64,000 nucleotides of DNA from positions 1 through 64,000 of the IMG/VR virus record IMGVR_UViG_3300036860_000514. One strand, written 5' to 3'. Positions within the stretch are counted from its first letter, which is position 1. Each line of letters begins with the position of its first letter. Both the position numbers and the translations under genes were made by a program. The DNA is from a virus. The notes below the pieces were generated by a model. It did not search any database. It was not told the DNA's origin and saw only the letters and a program-made list of their open reading frames with translations. Positions 48,548-57,875 of the stretch are shown here, piece by piece.

Positions 48548-48627
48548 AGATGACCGGCGGCAAGAGTAAGTCCTTCGGCGGCAAAAAGATCATGGGGGCG
48601 AAGCCGCTCAAGGGCGGGAAGCGATAG
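48544..48627 (+). CDS. 27-aa Lys/Gly peptide (not in the ORF track)
   Basis: MKMTGGKSKSFGGKKIMGAKPLKGGKR; GGAGG RBS and ATGA overlap. Confidence 0.5.
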   Translation: MKMTGGKSKSFGGKKIMGAKPLKGGKR

Positions 48628-48630
48628 CCG

Positions 48631-49014
48631 ATGTTTTCCTCTCAGCCCGGATCCTCGGGGCTCGGCCAACCACCACCCTCGCCGACGCCGATGGGCGGGG
48701 TCAATGGCACGGATCCGTTCAGTGCCGCGAGCCTCACCGGCGGAGGCCCGACGCAGATCCCGAGTAACCGGCTGCCTCCGGAAGTCATCACCGGTGTCAC
48801 CGCCTCATTTCAGAAAGTCATTGAGGTGGTCAACAGCGCCGTGCAGGTGACGCCGGATAAGGCGGCCCAACTCGGCATGATCGTCGATCTCATCAATCGC
48901 TATCTCTCGGATCTCCAAGTGGCAGGGGCTCAACCACTGTCTCCGACCGCAACCGGCCCGGCCTTTCCTGGCGGAGGTTTCGATCGGGGCGTCTCGGGCG
49001 CCGGCGCCATCTGA
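48631..49014 (+). CDS. hypothetical head-region protein
   Basis: Gly/Pro-rich ends with a helical core. Confidence 0.6.
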   Translation: MFSSQPGSSGLGQPPPSPTPMGGVNGTDPFSAASLTGGGPTQIPSNRLPPEVITGVTASFQKVIEVVNSAVQVTPDKAAQLGMIVDLINRYLSDLQVAGAQPLSPTATGPAFPGGGFDRGVSGAGAI

Positions 49015-49022
49015 GGAGGAGT

Positions 49023-49865
49023 ATGCCACTCAGTAAATCTGCACAAGCTGGCCTGACCTTTCTGCAGGGCTGGGCGCCGACGCTGCCGGAAGCCTTCCGA
49101 GCCGAGGTGAGCGCACTGCTGACCAAGATCACGAGCACGCCGGAGGCTGAGATCGAACCCTCGCTGCGCTATGTCGGCGACGGGGCGATGGCCCGCCCGG
49201 ACTACTCGCGCGCCATGAACGACCTCGCGGAGAAAACCAAGGAGCTCGATGCCATCGCGCAAGAGCACACCCAGTGGTACGCGGAGAACAAAGACGCCCT
49301 CACGGAGTACGTCCGGATCAAGCCGGAGTACGACAAGTTGAAGGGCAACGGGCATCCCAACCCGAATCCCAACCCCAACCCCACCCCGAATCTGGATGCG
49401 AAGGGCCTGACCTCTGATCAGCTCGCCGAGGAGCTCGAGCGGCGAGACCGGAGCTACGCCAGCGTCTTGGCCTTCGGGGTCAGCCTCGCTCAGCGCCACT
49501 TCGCGATGTTCAACGAAGCGCTCGACATGGGCGAGCTGGTCGCCGATCCGCGGATCGGACAAGCGGTGAAGGGACAACCGGGACGGGTCTTCGGGCTCCA
49601 GGATGCCTACAACGCGAAGTACGGGGAGCGGGTCCAGCAGAAAGCGCAGGAGGCTGAGACCGCTCGCATCAATAAACTCGTCGAGGAACGGCTCGTGGAG
49701 GAACGGAAGAAGCAGCCGCTCCAGCAGCCCTATCCGCTCGCCCGATCCGAACCCTCGGCACTCGACGCACTCGCGACCAAAGACGGCCCTGCCGCGCACA
49801 CGATCGACACCGCCGTCGCGGAGTACGAACGGCTCCAGCAGGCTCGTCTCAGCGCGTCGCCGTAG
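49023..49865 (+). CDS. Putative capsid scaffolding protein
   Basis: Coiled-coil, DYSR motif, (PN)n linker; immediately upstream of the capsid gene; strong RBS. Confidence 0.7.
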   Translation: MPLSKSAQAGLTFLQGWAPTLPEAFRAEVSALLTKITSTPEAEIEPSLRYVGDGAMARPDYSRAMNDLAEKTKELDAIAQEHTQWYAENKDALTEYVRIKPEYDKLKGNGHPNPNPNPNPTPNLDAKGLTSDQLAEELERRDRSYASVLAFGVSLAQRHFAMFNEALDMGELVADPRIGQAVKGQPGRVFGLQDAYNAKYGERVQQKAQEAETARINKLVEERLVEERKKQPLQQPYPLARSEPSALDALATKDGPAAHTIDTAVAEYERLQQARLSASP

Positions 49866-49882
49866 TGCGGGGAGGAGTCCCC

Positions 49883-51049
49883 GTGATCCGTCGTCTGCGG
49901 GATCTGCTCGCCTGGGCACGATCCCATCCGCGCCTCGTCGCACTCAGCGTCTGGGCGCTCGCCACCTATCTCCATCCGGATGCGGCGTACCTCGGGATCA
50001 TCCTGGCGATCCAACTCGACGACGTCAACACGACGACGACGAAAGAGATCGTACCCGGGGTGGTCGACAACTACTTCAAAGCGGGTCCCTTCATCGCCAT
50101 GGCGAAGGCTCGCTTCACGCGCAAGTGGATCGGGCCCCAGATTCAAGAGAACTACATGTACAAGCCGATGAAAGGCGGCGCGTACAAGAAGGGGGCCAGC
50201 TTCAACACCGACCGCCGGCAGACCCGCACGGGCCTGCTCTTCACGCCTCGCTACTATCAGTGCAACGTCACCGAGTTCCTCGAGGACATCGAAGTCGAGA
50301 TGGCCGGCCCGCGCGCCGCCTTCTCGGTGATTCGCACCGACATGCAACAGGCCGCGCTGACGATCTCCGCGATTCTCGAGATCGCCGCCTTCCATCACGG
50401 GCAGAATCTCGCCGGTGATGATCGCTCGGCGGAGATCCAGGGAGTCGAGGAAGCGCTCAACGACGGCAGCAACGCGAGCATCTTCGGCAACGTCTTCCCC
50501 TCCTACGGAGGCCAGACGCGCGCCGATGTCTCGCCGGCGCTGAATCCGCCGACGGGACTCGTCGCGGCGAGCGTCTCGCAAATGAGCTATCGCGCGCTGC
50601 GCCATAGCTACTTCTCGACCATCATCGGCAACGAACGCCCGACGGTGGGGATTACCACCAACCGCAACATGGGCTTCATCGCCGAAAACTTCCTGCCCCA
50701 TCAGATCGTGGATACGACCCAGCCCGAGATCAACTGGCCGGGCATGAAATTCGATCAAGCCACGATCGTGATGTCGCAGTACGCCCCAGGGCAGGACGGC
50801 GTCAACGACCCGGATCTGGGGAACTACAACGCCACGACTGAGAGCTTCTACTGGCTCAACTTCGGGCCGCAGGGGGACGACGCCTACATCCGCCTCTACA
50901 TCGCGCAGAGTTCGAAGTTCGCGTTTGGCTTCACGGGCTTCAAGGGCGCACGTGGGGACAACCAGGTCTCCGGCCAGATCCTCTTCGCCGGCAATCTGAC
51001 CTTCCGCGCCGTGCGGCTGTCCCGCGCGATGTTCGGCTTCACGAGCTAG
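49883..51049 (+). CDS. Major capsid protein with hydrophobic N-terminal leader
   Basis: Position after the scaffold; VVDNYF..P, G..I, I.G..AL.DG, Y.G..R and C-terminal QILFAGNL fit HK97-fold capsid proteins; GGAGGAG RBS before GTG at 49883. Confidence 0.82.
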   Translation: MIRRLRDLLAWARSHPRLVALSVWALATYLHPDAAYLGIILAIQLDDVNTTTTKEIVPGVVDNYFKAGPFIAMAKARFTRKWIGPQIQENYMYKPMKGGAYKKGASFNTDRRQTRTGLLFTPRYYQCNVTEFLEDIEVEMAGPRAAFSVIRTDMQQAALTISAILEIAAFHHGQNLAGDDRSAEIQGVEEALNDGSNASIFGNVFPSYGGQTRADVSPALNPPTGLVAASVSQMSYRALRHSYFSTIIGNERPTVGITTNRNMGFIAENFLPHQIVDTTQPEINWPGMKFDQATIVMSQYAPGQDGVNDPDLGNYNATTESFYWLNFGPQGDDAYIRLYIAQSSKFAFGFTGFKGARGDNQVSGQILFAGNLTFRAVRLSRAMFGFTS

Positions 51050-51058
51050 GAGGCAGAC

Positions 51059-51622
51059 ATGGCGATTGGTAAAGATATTCCTGTCTACCTCCAGTCCGGG
51101 GATCCGGAGAAGGAACATACACCGACGCTCCATGCGTCGGGTCTGCTGGGCGCGACCTTCACGATCACCCAGCCCCATCGCAGCCCGCCCGGCCCCGAAG
51201 ACGGGCGGCAGAAGGGCTATCGGCTCGTGCAGACCGACTCCACCATGTCCGTGGCCCCGTACAAGGGCGCCGTCGCCTGGTGGGCGGACAAAGCGCGCTA
51301 CCTCGTCACGACGGCCGCGACCAACCGGAATCGGATCGCTGGTACCTTTCAGAACGCCCCGCCCGACAATATCGCGCCGGGCGAGTACTGCTGCGTCCAG
51401 ATCAAGGGACCGGCATCGGTCAAGCTCCTCGACGCCGATATGGCCGCCGTCGCGATCGGCGATTTCATCATCCCGTCCTCGACTGCGGGCAAGGCCACGC
51501 GAGTCGCGGTCGGCACGGCCCCGACGCATGCGACGCTCGGGCAGGTGGCTGGTCCGGCACTCAGCACGACCCCTGCAGAAGCGCTCGTCGTCGTCGACCT
51601 GAACGTCGACGATACGTTCTAA
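51059..51622 (+). CDS. Putative capsid decoration/cement protein
   Basis: Follows the capsid gene; YRLVQ and GEYC.VQ..G pattern. Confidence 0.6.
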   Translation: MAIGKDIPVYLQSGDPEKEHTPTLHASGLLGATFTITQPHRSPPGPEDGRQKGYRLVQTDSTMSVAPYKGAVAWWADKARYLVTTAATNRNRIAGTFQNAPPDNIAPGEYCCVQIKGPASVKLLDADMAAVAIGDFIIPSSTAGKATRVAVGTAPTHATLGQVAGPALSTTPAEALVVVDLNVDDTF

Positions 51623-51633
51623 GGAGGTCGCTG

Positions 51634-51933
51634 ATGCCACTGGACACGACGACCATCCCGGATCGGCATGATCGGAGCGGATCGAAGACGCGGAAGATCC
51701 TCCGCGTCACCGGGCCGACCAGCTATGCGACCGGCGGCGAGGCCCTCGATCTCGGGATCGGGCGCCCCGAGCTCGTGCTGCCGGAGTGTGCCACCAACGG
51801 GACCGATCTCCGGCTCGTGCAGTGGGACTACACGAATAAGAAGCTGAAGTGGTTCGACCTCGCCGGCGCGGAGATCGCGGCGACGACGAACCTCTCCACC
51901 TACGCGGCACGCGTCGAAGTCATCGGGGTCTGA
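51634..51933 (+). CDS. small virion structural protein
   Basis: GP.SY.TGG...E...T.LS pattern; AGGAGG RBS. Confidence 0.55.
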   Translation: MPLDTTTIPDRHDRSGSKTRKILRVTGPTSYATGGEALDLGIGRPELVLPECATNGTDLRLVQWDYTNKKLKWFDLAGAEIAATTNLSTYAARVEVIGV

Positions 51934-51936
51934 GCC

Positions 51937-52884
51937 GTGGCCCAGACGTATGCGGACGTGTGGCGGGCCGTCAAGCTCCACGCGTCCGCCGCCCCGCTCT
52001 TTCTCGTACGGGAGTGGGTCAACGACGCCTGGAAGACCCTCACGCGCCACCGGGGCGGGCAGTGGGTCTTCCTGCGTACGCAAGCGGCCCTGACGATTGC
52101 GGCCGCCCGGTCAGTCGCCGTGACCGTGACGACCGGATCGACGACGGTCACGAGTGCCGGGCTCTTCGTGGCAGGGGATGCCGGGCGCCAGCTCCGCATC
52201 GCGACCTTTCCCTTCTACACGATCACCGTCGTGACGGATGCGAACACGATCACGCTTGACCGAGCGTACGGAGAGGATTCCGCGACGGCGACCGCGCAGA
52301 TCTTCGACGGCTACTTTGTCACGCCGGCCGACTTCGGGCAGTTCGACTTGATCGCGGATCCCTACAACCAACGCCGGCTCGCCTTCTGGATCTCGCAGGA
52401 CGAGTTGAATCTCCTCGACCCCACACGGCAAGCTGGGGATACCGGCCCGCGCCTGCTCGCGACGGCGATGCCCTCGACGGCGACCGCCACGCTCGGGCGG
52501 ATCCAGTACGAGTACTGGCCTCGTCCCACGAGCGCGCGGAGTTTCCCGTACTACTACTTCAAGCGGGGCGCGAACCTGGCCGACAGCTTCACCTTCAGCG
52601 GTGTGCTCGCCGACGCCGGCGACGTGCTGCAGAAAGGGGCGCTCGCCCAGGCGGCACGCTGGCCCGGGACCTCGGATAAACCGAATCCCTACTTCAACCT
52701 CGGGCTGGCCGATCGATTGGACAAAGACTTCGCGGATGGGATGCAGAAGCTGAGTCTCGCCGATGACAATCAACAGGGGAGCGACCTCCAGCGCGTCCAC
52801 TGGGACCGCTGGCCGCTCGCCGATCTAGCCTACAACGACGCGTCGTTGCGCGCGAGCGATGCGACCGTCGACGATCTGTTCTAG
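51937..52884 (+). CDS. Head-tail adaptor-like protein with a Thr-rich insertion
   Basis: WVNDAW, P.DF, YWP.P and C-terminal helices. Confidence 0.6.
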   Translation: MAQTYADVWRAVKLHASAAPLFLVREWVNDAWKTLTRHRGGQWVFLRTQAALTIAAARSVAVTVTTGSTTVTSAGLFVAGDAGRQLRIATFPFYTITVVTDANTITLDRAYGEDSATATAQIFDGYFVTPADFGQFDLIADPYNQRRLAFWISQDELNLLDPTRQAGDTGPRLLATAMPSTATATLGRIQYEYWPRPTSARSFPYYYFKRGANLADSFTFSGVLADAGDVLQKGALAQAARWPGTSDKPNPYFNLGLADRLDKDFADGMQKLSLADDNQQGSDLQRVHWDRWPLADLAYNDASLRASDATVDDLF

Positions 52885-52893
52885 GAGCACATC

Positions 52894-53187
52894 ATGCCGA
52901 CTGGAGATCTGAAGACCCCGTTCACGAACTACGTCGCCCCCATGCCCGACATGGCTGGGAATGGCGTGACGTCTCGCGGCACCGATCCGATGGTCGACAC
53001 CGGCGGCTCGGGCGCGATTCAAACGCCCTTCGAGAAGCCGATCCTCTCGAATTTCGATGGACAGGAGACAGCCAACTCCGTCTCGAATCTCCCGCTGCAG
53101 CCGAATCGGTTCGAGCCGAACGAGACGCCACCCGAGCCCCCGACCCTGAAGGATCGCAACCCGAGCCCCGACGTGACGAAGTCGTAG
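52894..53187 (+). CDS. hypothetical Pro-rich protein
   Basis: AGGAG RBS. Confidence 0.55.
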   Translation: MPTGDLKTPFTNYVAPMPDMAGNGVTSRGTDPMVDTGGSGAIQTPFEKPILSNFDGQETANSVSNLPLQPNRFEPNETPPEPPTLKDRNPSPDVTKS

Positions 53188-53191
53188 ACCG

Positions 53192-53506
53192 ATGGCTGCG
53201 AAGGACTATCAGATCGTGCTCGCCGCCGCGGCCAAGCGGCTCAGCGACGTCTATGCCAACCCGGCAGTGGGTGGGCCGGATGATATTCCGTACCGCCAAC
53301 TGTTCTTGTCGGCAGAGGCCGCGGTCGCCTACATCGGGAATGCGAGTGACGTGACCTCGACTAACTACGGGGCGCGCGCGGAGGTTGGTGCCGCGGGGAG
53401 CCAACCCCTCATGATCGGGGCGTTTGATACCGGGCCCATCAAGCTCTCCGATCTATGGGCGGCGGGCGCCGGCTCGACCCTGCACATCCTCGGCATTCCG
53501 TTCTGA
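53192..53506 (+). CDS. small virion structural protein
   Basis: YIG...VT...G beta-sandwich-like pattern. Confidence 0.55.
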   Translation: MAAKDYQIVLAAAAKRLSDVYANPAVGGPDDIPYRQLFLSAEAAVAYIGNASDVTSTNYGARAEVGAAGSQPLMIGAFDTGPIKLSDLWAAGAGSTLHILGIPF

Positions 53507-53511
53507 GGGCG

Positions 53512-54048
53512 ATGCCGGCATGGCGCGCGATCGTGTCCGCCTGGATGGCTCGCCTCCGCCGCGCCCTCCACGTCCTGCGGAAGGTCCCGATCGTGCCGGG
53601 GAATAGCTTCGTCGTCGCGACGATCTCGACGGCGCACTTCACGGGCGCGCTGGCTCAGAATGCGGCTGAGGGGATCGATCTCGACCTGCCGATGTCGATT
53701 GCGGCCGGGCTGCACAGCCGGTCCTTGGTCCGCCAAGTCATCGTGAAGAGCGTCCAGAATCTCGACTGGGAGATCTACCTCTTCGACCGGGGCACCAAAC
53801 ACACCGAGCTCGACCCGGATCGCAATGGCTTTCTCGGCCATTGGCGGCTCACGGCGAGCCAGGGCTTGCGGATCGGGGCGACGGGGCTGTTTTATTATTA
53901 CGTCGATGGCCTCGCCGTGCCCTACGAAGATCGGGATCAGCAGGGACGGCTCCATCTCGTGCTGATCAACCGGAGTGCGACCGCGAAGGACGCGGGGGCT
54001 CCCGGTGCCCTCACGATCCAGTTTCGATTGGAGCCGACCTATGGGTAA
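53512..54048 (+). CDS. structural-region protein with basic amphipathic leader
   Basis: MPAWRAIVSAWMARLRRALHVLRK followed by a beta-rich domain. Confidence 0.55.
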   Translation: MPAWRAIVSAWMARLRRALHVLRKVPIVPGNSFVVATISTAHFTGALAQNAAEGIDLDLPMSIAAGLHSRSLVRQVIVKSVQNLDWEIYLFDRGTKHTELDPDRNGFLGHWRLTASQGLRIGATGLFYYYVDGLAVPYEDRDQQGRLHLVLINRSATAKDAGAPGALTIQFRLEPTYG

Positions 54049-56101
54049 GCGACCGCTGGTCTTTCTCGGCTTGCTACTTAGCAACCTTTACTTGCTAGTT
54101 GACAACTCCCTCGCGCAACAGCCGGTGCGGGTCTTACTCACGACGCCGCAGGGCGCGGACGCCGGGACGAGTACCGATCCGGTCACGATCACCTGCATCT
54201 CTGGCTGTGGATCGCCGCCCGCGACCCCCGATAACAGTGTGTTTACGGGAGGCACGACGAGTGTCTCCCCCTTCGCCGCCTTGTTCGACACGACGCCCCC
54301 AACGATCACGGATGGGAACTACGGCATCCCGCGCATGGATAGTAGTCGCTATCTGTTCACCGTCTTTCCCAGCGCTCAGCACATCATCTGCGATTCAGGG
54401 TGTGGAGCAAGCTCATTTCCGGATAATAGTGCATTTACATTCGGAACTACCAGTGTCACGGTTGGGGCGGGTGTATTAGATGATGTATCGCCTAATGCTG
54501 CTACAGAGAATAGTGCGGCCGCATTCAGGATATCGTCTAATCGAATGCAATTATTTCAGCTAGCCGATGGTGATGGAAACGAGAGACGTGCATTCGTCAA
54601 CTCTGATAATCAGCTAGAAGTCAGAGTAGGTAACGTCGCCTCTGATAGCGTCAAAATAGATGTGGTCCGATGGGGTGGAGCTACTCCATCGGGGGCTATT
54701 GCTGGCCCTCAAACTGATGCACAACCCAACACTCATGCCTTACCTCCTATGGCTGGATTTGGATTCCTCTTCAATGGGACCAGTTGGGATAGATGGCGTA
54801 GTGTGGTCAATGGGGCTAATTCAGTTGGAACTGGAATAGCTGCTGCTGGATTAGTTGGTCAATTTGATGATACGACTCCCACATCAATCACCGAGAATCA
54901 ATTCGGTAATTTGCGAATAAGTGCGAACAGGAATCTGTTTGGCACCATTCGAGATGCTGCGGGGAATGAACGCGGAGCGAACGTCACGGCGGCTAACGCT
55001 CTTGTCGTCGATGGATCTGCGACCACGCAACCGGTTTCTGGGACCGTCACGGCGAATCAAGGGACTCCCACGAATTGGGCAATGAACGTGGCTCAGTGGG
55101 GGGCGTCAAACGTCGCAGCGGCTGCCGTTCCTATCGATGATATGTCGAACTCTTTCGCGCTTCCAAAGGTGGTTGCCTACAATGCTGTATTTGATGGGTC
55201 TACCTGGGATCGTCTTCTAGAGGCCGCGCACGCGTTAAATTCGACTGGGACGGGGATCCCCACGGCACAGATCGTAGGGCAGTTTGATAACGTATCCCCA
55301 ACCACAATTACCGAAGATCAATTCGGTAATCTGCGAATGTCGGCGAATCGTAACTTGTTTACGACGCTGCGTGATGCGGCCGGCAACGAGCGTGGGGTCA
55401 ACGTCACGGCCGCCAACGCCCTCGTCACGGATGGATCCGCCGTCACACAGCCCGTGAGCGGGACGGTCACCGCGAATCAAGGCACGGCGAATGCGACACC
55501 CTGGAACATGAACCTGGCTCAGGTGGCGGGGACCACTACAGTTACCGCCGCCGCAGGTGTCCAGAGGGTCGGGATCGTCGGCAACGCCAATGCGGCCTTT
55601 GACGCCGCGAACAATGCGGCGGCGCCGGCGAATGTTCTGGTTCCTGGCGTCGAGGTCATCGCGCAGGGATCCCAACCGACCGCTGCGAGCGCCGGGAACG
55701 TGCGACGAGTGCTGGCCACGACTGAGGGTGTGCAGTTTGTACAGGAAGGCTCGTCGAACCGCTTTTCGTGTTTTGTCCAGGCTGTCACAGCCACGACGCA
55801 ATGTCAGGCCGCACCAGGTGCAGGTCTACGAGCCTATGTGACCAGTGTGATGATGTCGAACCAGGCTGCGACGGTGCAAACTCTCGACATCGTCTTTGGA
55901 ACTGGAACGAATTGCGCGACGGGTACCACAGCCCTAACGCATAAGGTCCAGATGGGGACCAATGCCACGACGACCAGCCCGTTTTTCGTGCCGATGCAGT
56001 TTCAAACACCGCTGATCCCGACGGCCGCAAACGCCATCTGTGTTCGGCCGTCCGCTGCAACGGCGTTCGGGGCGACCATTACTGGATTCATCGCTCCCTA
56101 A
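54041..56101 (+). CDS. Fiber-like repeat protein with signal-peptide-like N-terminus
   Basis: MGKRPLVFLGLLLSNLYLLVDNSLA|QQ; two close copies of a long repeat plus a diverged one; Thr/Asn/Ala-rich; partly lower GC. Confidence 0.65.
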   Translation: MGKRPLVFLGLLLSNLYLLVDNSLAQQPVRVLLTTPQGADAGTSTDPVTITCISGCGSPPATPDNSVFTGGTTSVSPFAALFDTTPPTITDGNYGIPRMDSSRYLFTVFPSAQHIICDSGCGASSFPDNSAFTFGTTSVTVGAGVLDDVSPNAATENSAAAFRISSNRMQLFQLADGDGNERRAFVNSDNQLEVRVGNVASDSVKIDVVRWGGATPSGAIAGPQTDAQPNTHALPPMAGFGFLFNGTSWDRWRSVVNGANSVGTGIAAAGLVGQFDDTTPTSITENQFGNLRISANRNLFGTIRDAAGNERGANVTAANALVVDGSATTQPVSGTVTANQGTPTNWAMNVAQWGASNVAAAAVPIDDMSNSFALPKVVAYNAVFDGSTWDRLLEAAHALNSTGTGIPTAQIVGQFDNVSPTTITEDQFGNLRMSANRNLFTTLRDAAGNERGVNVTAANALVTDGSAVTQPVSGTVTANQGTANATPWNMNLAQVAGTTTVTAAAGVQRVGIVGNANAAFDAANNAAAPANVLVPGVEVIAQGSQPTAASAGNVRRVLATTEGVQFVQEGSSNRFSCFVQAVTATTQCQAAPGAGLRAYVTSVMMSNQAATVQTLDIVFGTGTNCATGTTALTHKVQMGTNATTTSPFFVPMQFQTPLIPTAANAICVRPSAATAFGATITGFIAP

Positions 56102-56129
56102 GCGTTGATGTGTGTGAGAGGAGACCGCG

Positions 56130-56582
56130 ATGGCACGCTACATGGTGGAGGCGAACCGGACCGCTGGCACGGCCGTGACCCTCGGCACGGTCGGCGCCGA
56201 TGCGACGCGCCCGCGACGAGGCAAGTGGTACGACGTGATGATCGGATCCGAGGCGGCACCGGCGGATAACGCCTTTCTCTGGACCGTCACGCGCTGCACG
56301 GCGCTGGGGACGTCGACGAGCGTCACGCCGAGCCCGATCGACCCGGCGGATGCCGCGACGGAGTCCGACGCCGGGGAGAATCACACGGTCGAGCCGACCT
56401 ATACCGCCGGCGCGGTCATGCTCTCGATCCCGCTGAATCAGCGGTCGACGTTCCGCTGGATGGCGGCCTTTCCCGGCGCGGAGATCGTCTACCCCGCGAC
56501 GGCGGCAAACGGGTTCGGGATTCGAACCCCAACCGCCTCCGCCGTCGCGATCACATCGACCGTCTTCTACGAAGAACAATGA
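56130..56582 (+). CDS. structural-region protein
   Basis: GAGGAG RBS; beta-rich. Confidence 0.55.
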   Translation: MARYMVEANRTAGTAVTLGTVGADATRPRRGKWYDVMIGSEAAPADNAFLWTVTRCTALGTSTSVTPSPIDPADAATESDAGENHTVEPTYTAGAVMLSIPLNQRSTFRWMAAFPGAEIVYPATAANGFGIRTPTASAVAITSTVFYEEQ

Positions 56583-56881
56583 GCCACCGACGGCAGGGGT
56601 ACGCCTTCATCCTCGATCCCGACCAGCCCATGCAGGAATGGGATACCTGTCAGTGTGGGCACTGCCAGCGGATCATTTTTACGAAGCCGAACAGTGCGAG
56701 CACCGTCTATCTCCTCCCGCTGGCGGTGGGGCGCTGGAAAGAGGAACCCGGCGCCTTCTGCCGTGTCTGTATGCGGCCGGTCTGTTTGCCCTGTCACGAT
56801 CAGGGCCGCTGTATCCCGTGGGAGAAGATGATCGAGGCGGCTGAAGATCGCGAGCGCTTTCGGCGATCGGTCGGGCTCTGA
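56579..56881 (+). CDS. Cys-rich zinc-binding protein
   Basis: CGHC, CRVC...CLPC...C. Confidence 0.6.
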   Translation: MSHRRQGYAFILDPDQPMQEWDTCQCGHCQRIIFTKPNSASTVYLLPLAVGRWKEEPGAFCRVCMRPVCLPCHDQGRCIPWEKMIEAAEDRERFRRSVGL

Positions 56882-57495
56882 TGCACAACTACTTCGAGGT
56901 CTCGCCGGGCATCGCCGTCGGGGTGAGCTTTCCCGATCGGCCACAGCCATGGCCTCGTCTGCCTCGTGCGCCGTTCCTCACCCGCCCGATCACCGTCGAC
57001 TGGGATCTCTCCCCAGTCCTGAGTTGGGCCCCGAGGTATCCGACGCGCGTGTGGAGTCGTGATCCGTACTGGCGCGCGCCGCGATCCGGGTACACCGTCA
57101 GCCCTCCGGTCCCGCCGCTCATCGCCAGCGGGATGCGGTGGGAGCCCAGCTACCCCGCGCCGCGCGTGCATCAGCGCACCTATCCCGCCGCGCGCATGCC
57201 CGTCGTCGTCGGTCCATCACCGAGTGTCTTCCTCGTCGTCGCACAGCGCATGGGCTGGGCGCCGACCTATCCCGCCCCGCGGCGCTGGACGAAGCAGTAC
57301 CGCACCGACTCGAGTGCCGTCGGGGCGATCACGCAGGGCCCACCAGCCACCGTCTTCCCGACGACGGGGCAGTGTGTCGAAGTGATCGACGGCACGCTCA
57401 CGCGCCCGGCGCTTATCTCCGAGGGGCTGACGCAGCCGGCGCTGCTCACCCAGGCGCTAAGCCGCCCTGCCCTGATCAACGAGGCGGTGTGCTGA
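56881..57495 (+). CDS. Pro/Trp/Arg-rich repeat protein
   Basis: Three W.P.YP repeats and three L.(R/Q)PAL repeats. Confidence 0.55.
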   Translation: MHNYFEVSPGIAVGVSFPDRPQPWPRLPRAPFLTRPITVDWDLSPVLSWAPRYPTRVWSRDPYWRAPRSGYTVSPPVPPLIASGMRWEPSYPAPRVHQRTYPAARMPVVVGPSPSVFLVVAQRMGWAPTYPAPRRWTKQYRTDSSAVGAITQGPPATVFPTTGQCVEVIDGTLTRPALISEGLTQPALLTQALSRPALINEAVC

Positions 57496-57872
57496 TGGCG
57501 GTCGACCCCAAAGCCTTCGATGTGCTCGAGCAGGCGACGGCCTCCTACACGGCGACCGTCGTCGGCAACGACGGCGTCACGCCCCTGCCGGCGGCGACGC
57601 TCGTCACGATGGTGCTCACGCTCTATGTGGTGAAGACTGATGGGACGATCGGGTACGTCAACGGGCGCAACGCGCAGAATGTGTTGAACGCCAACAATGT
57701 GACCATCAGCAGCGCCGGGGCGCTCGTCTTCACCCTCCAGCCGCTTGATACGACCCTGGTCGAAGCCCTCCCCTTCGAGCGCCACATCGCGCTCTTCGAA
57801 TGGACGTGGTCGGGGGGCGCCGGCAAGCACGAGGTCGTCTTCGTCGTCAAGAATCTGACCGAGGTCCCATAG
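57495..57872 (+). CDS. Ig-like/BppU-like structural protein
   Basis: Beta-rich, with G.L.FTLQP.DT pattern. Confidence 0.5.
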   Translation: MAVDPKAFDVLEQATASYTATVVGNDGVTPLPAATLVTMVLTLYVVKTDGTIGYVNGRNAQNVLNANNVTISSAGALVFTLQPLDTTLVEALPFERHIALFEWTWSGGAGKHEVVFVVKNLTEVP

Positions 57873-57875
57873 CCC

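Noticed and set aside
49355-49392. (Pro-Asn)n microsatellite in the scaffold gene
   Set aside because: In-frame low-complexity linker with varied codons; no sign of phase variation.
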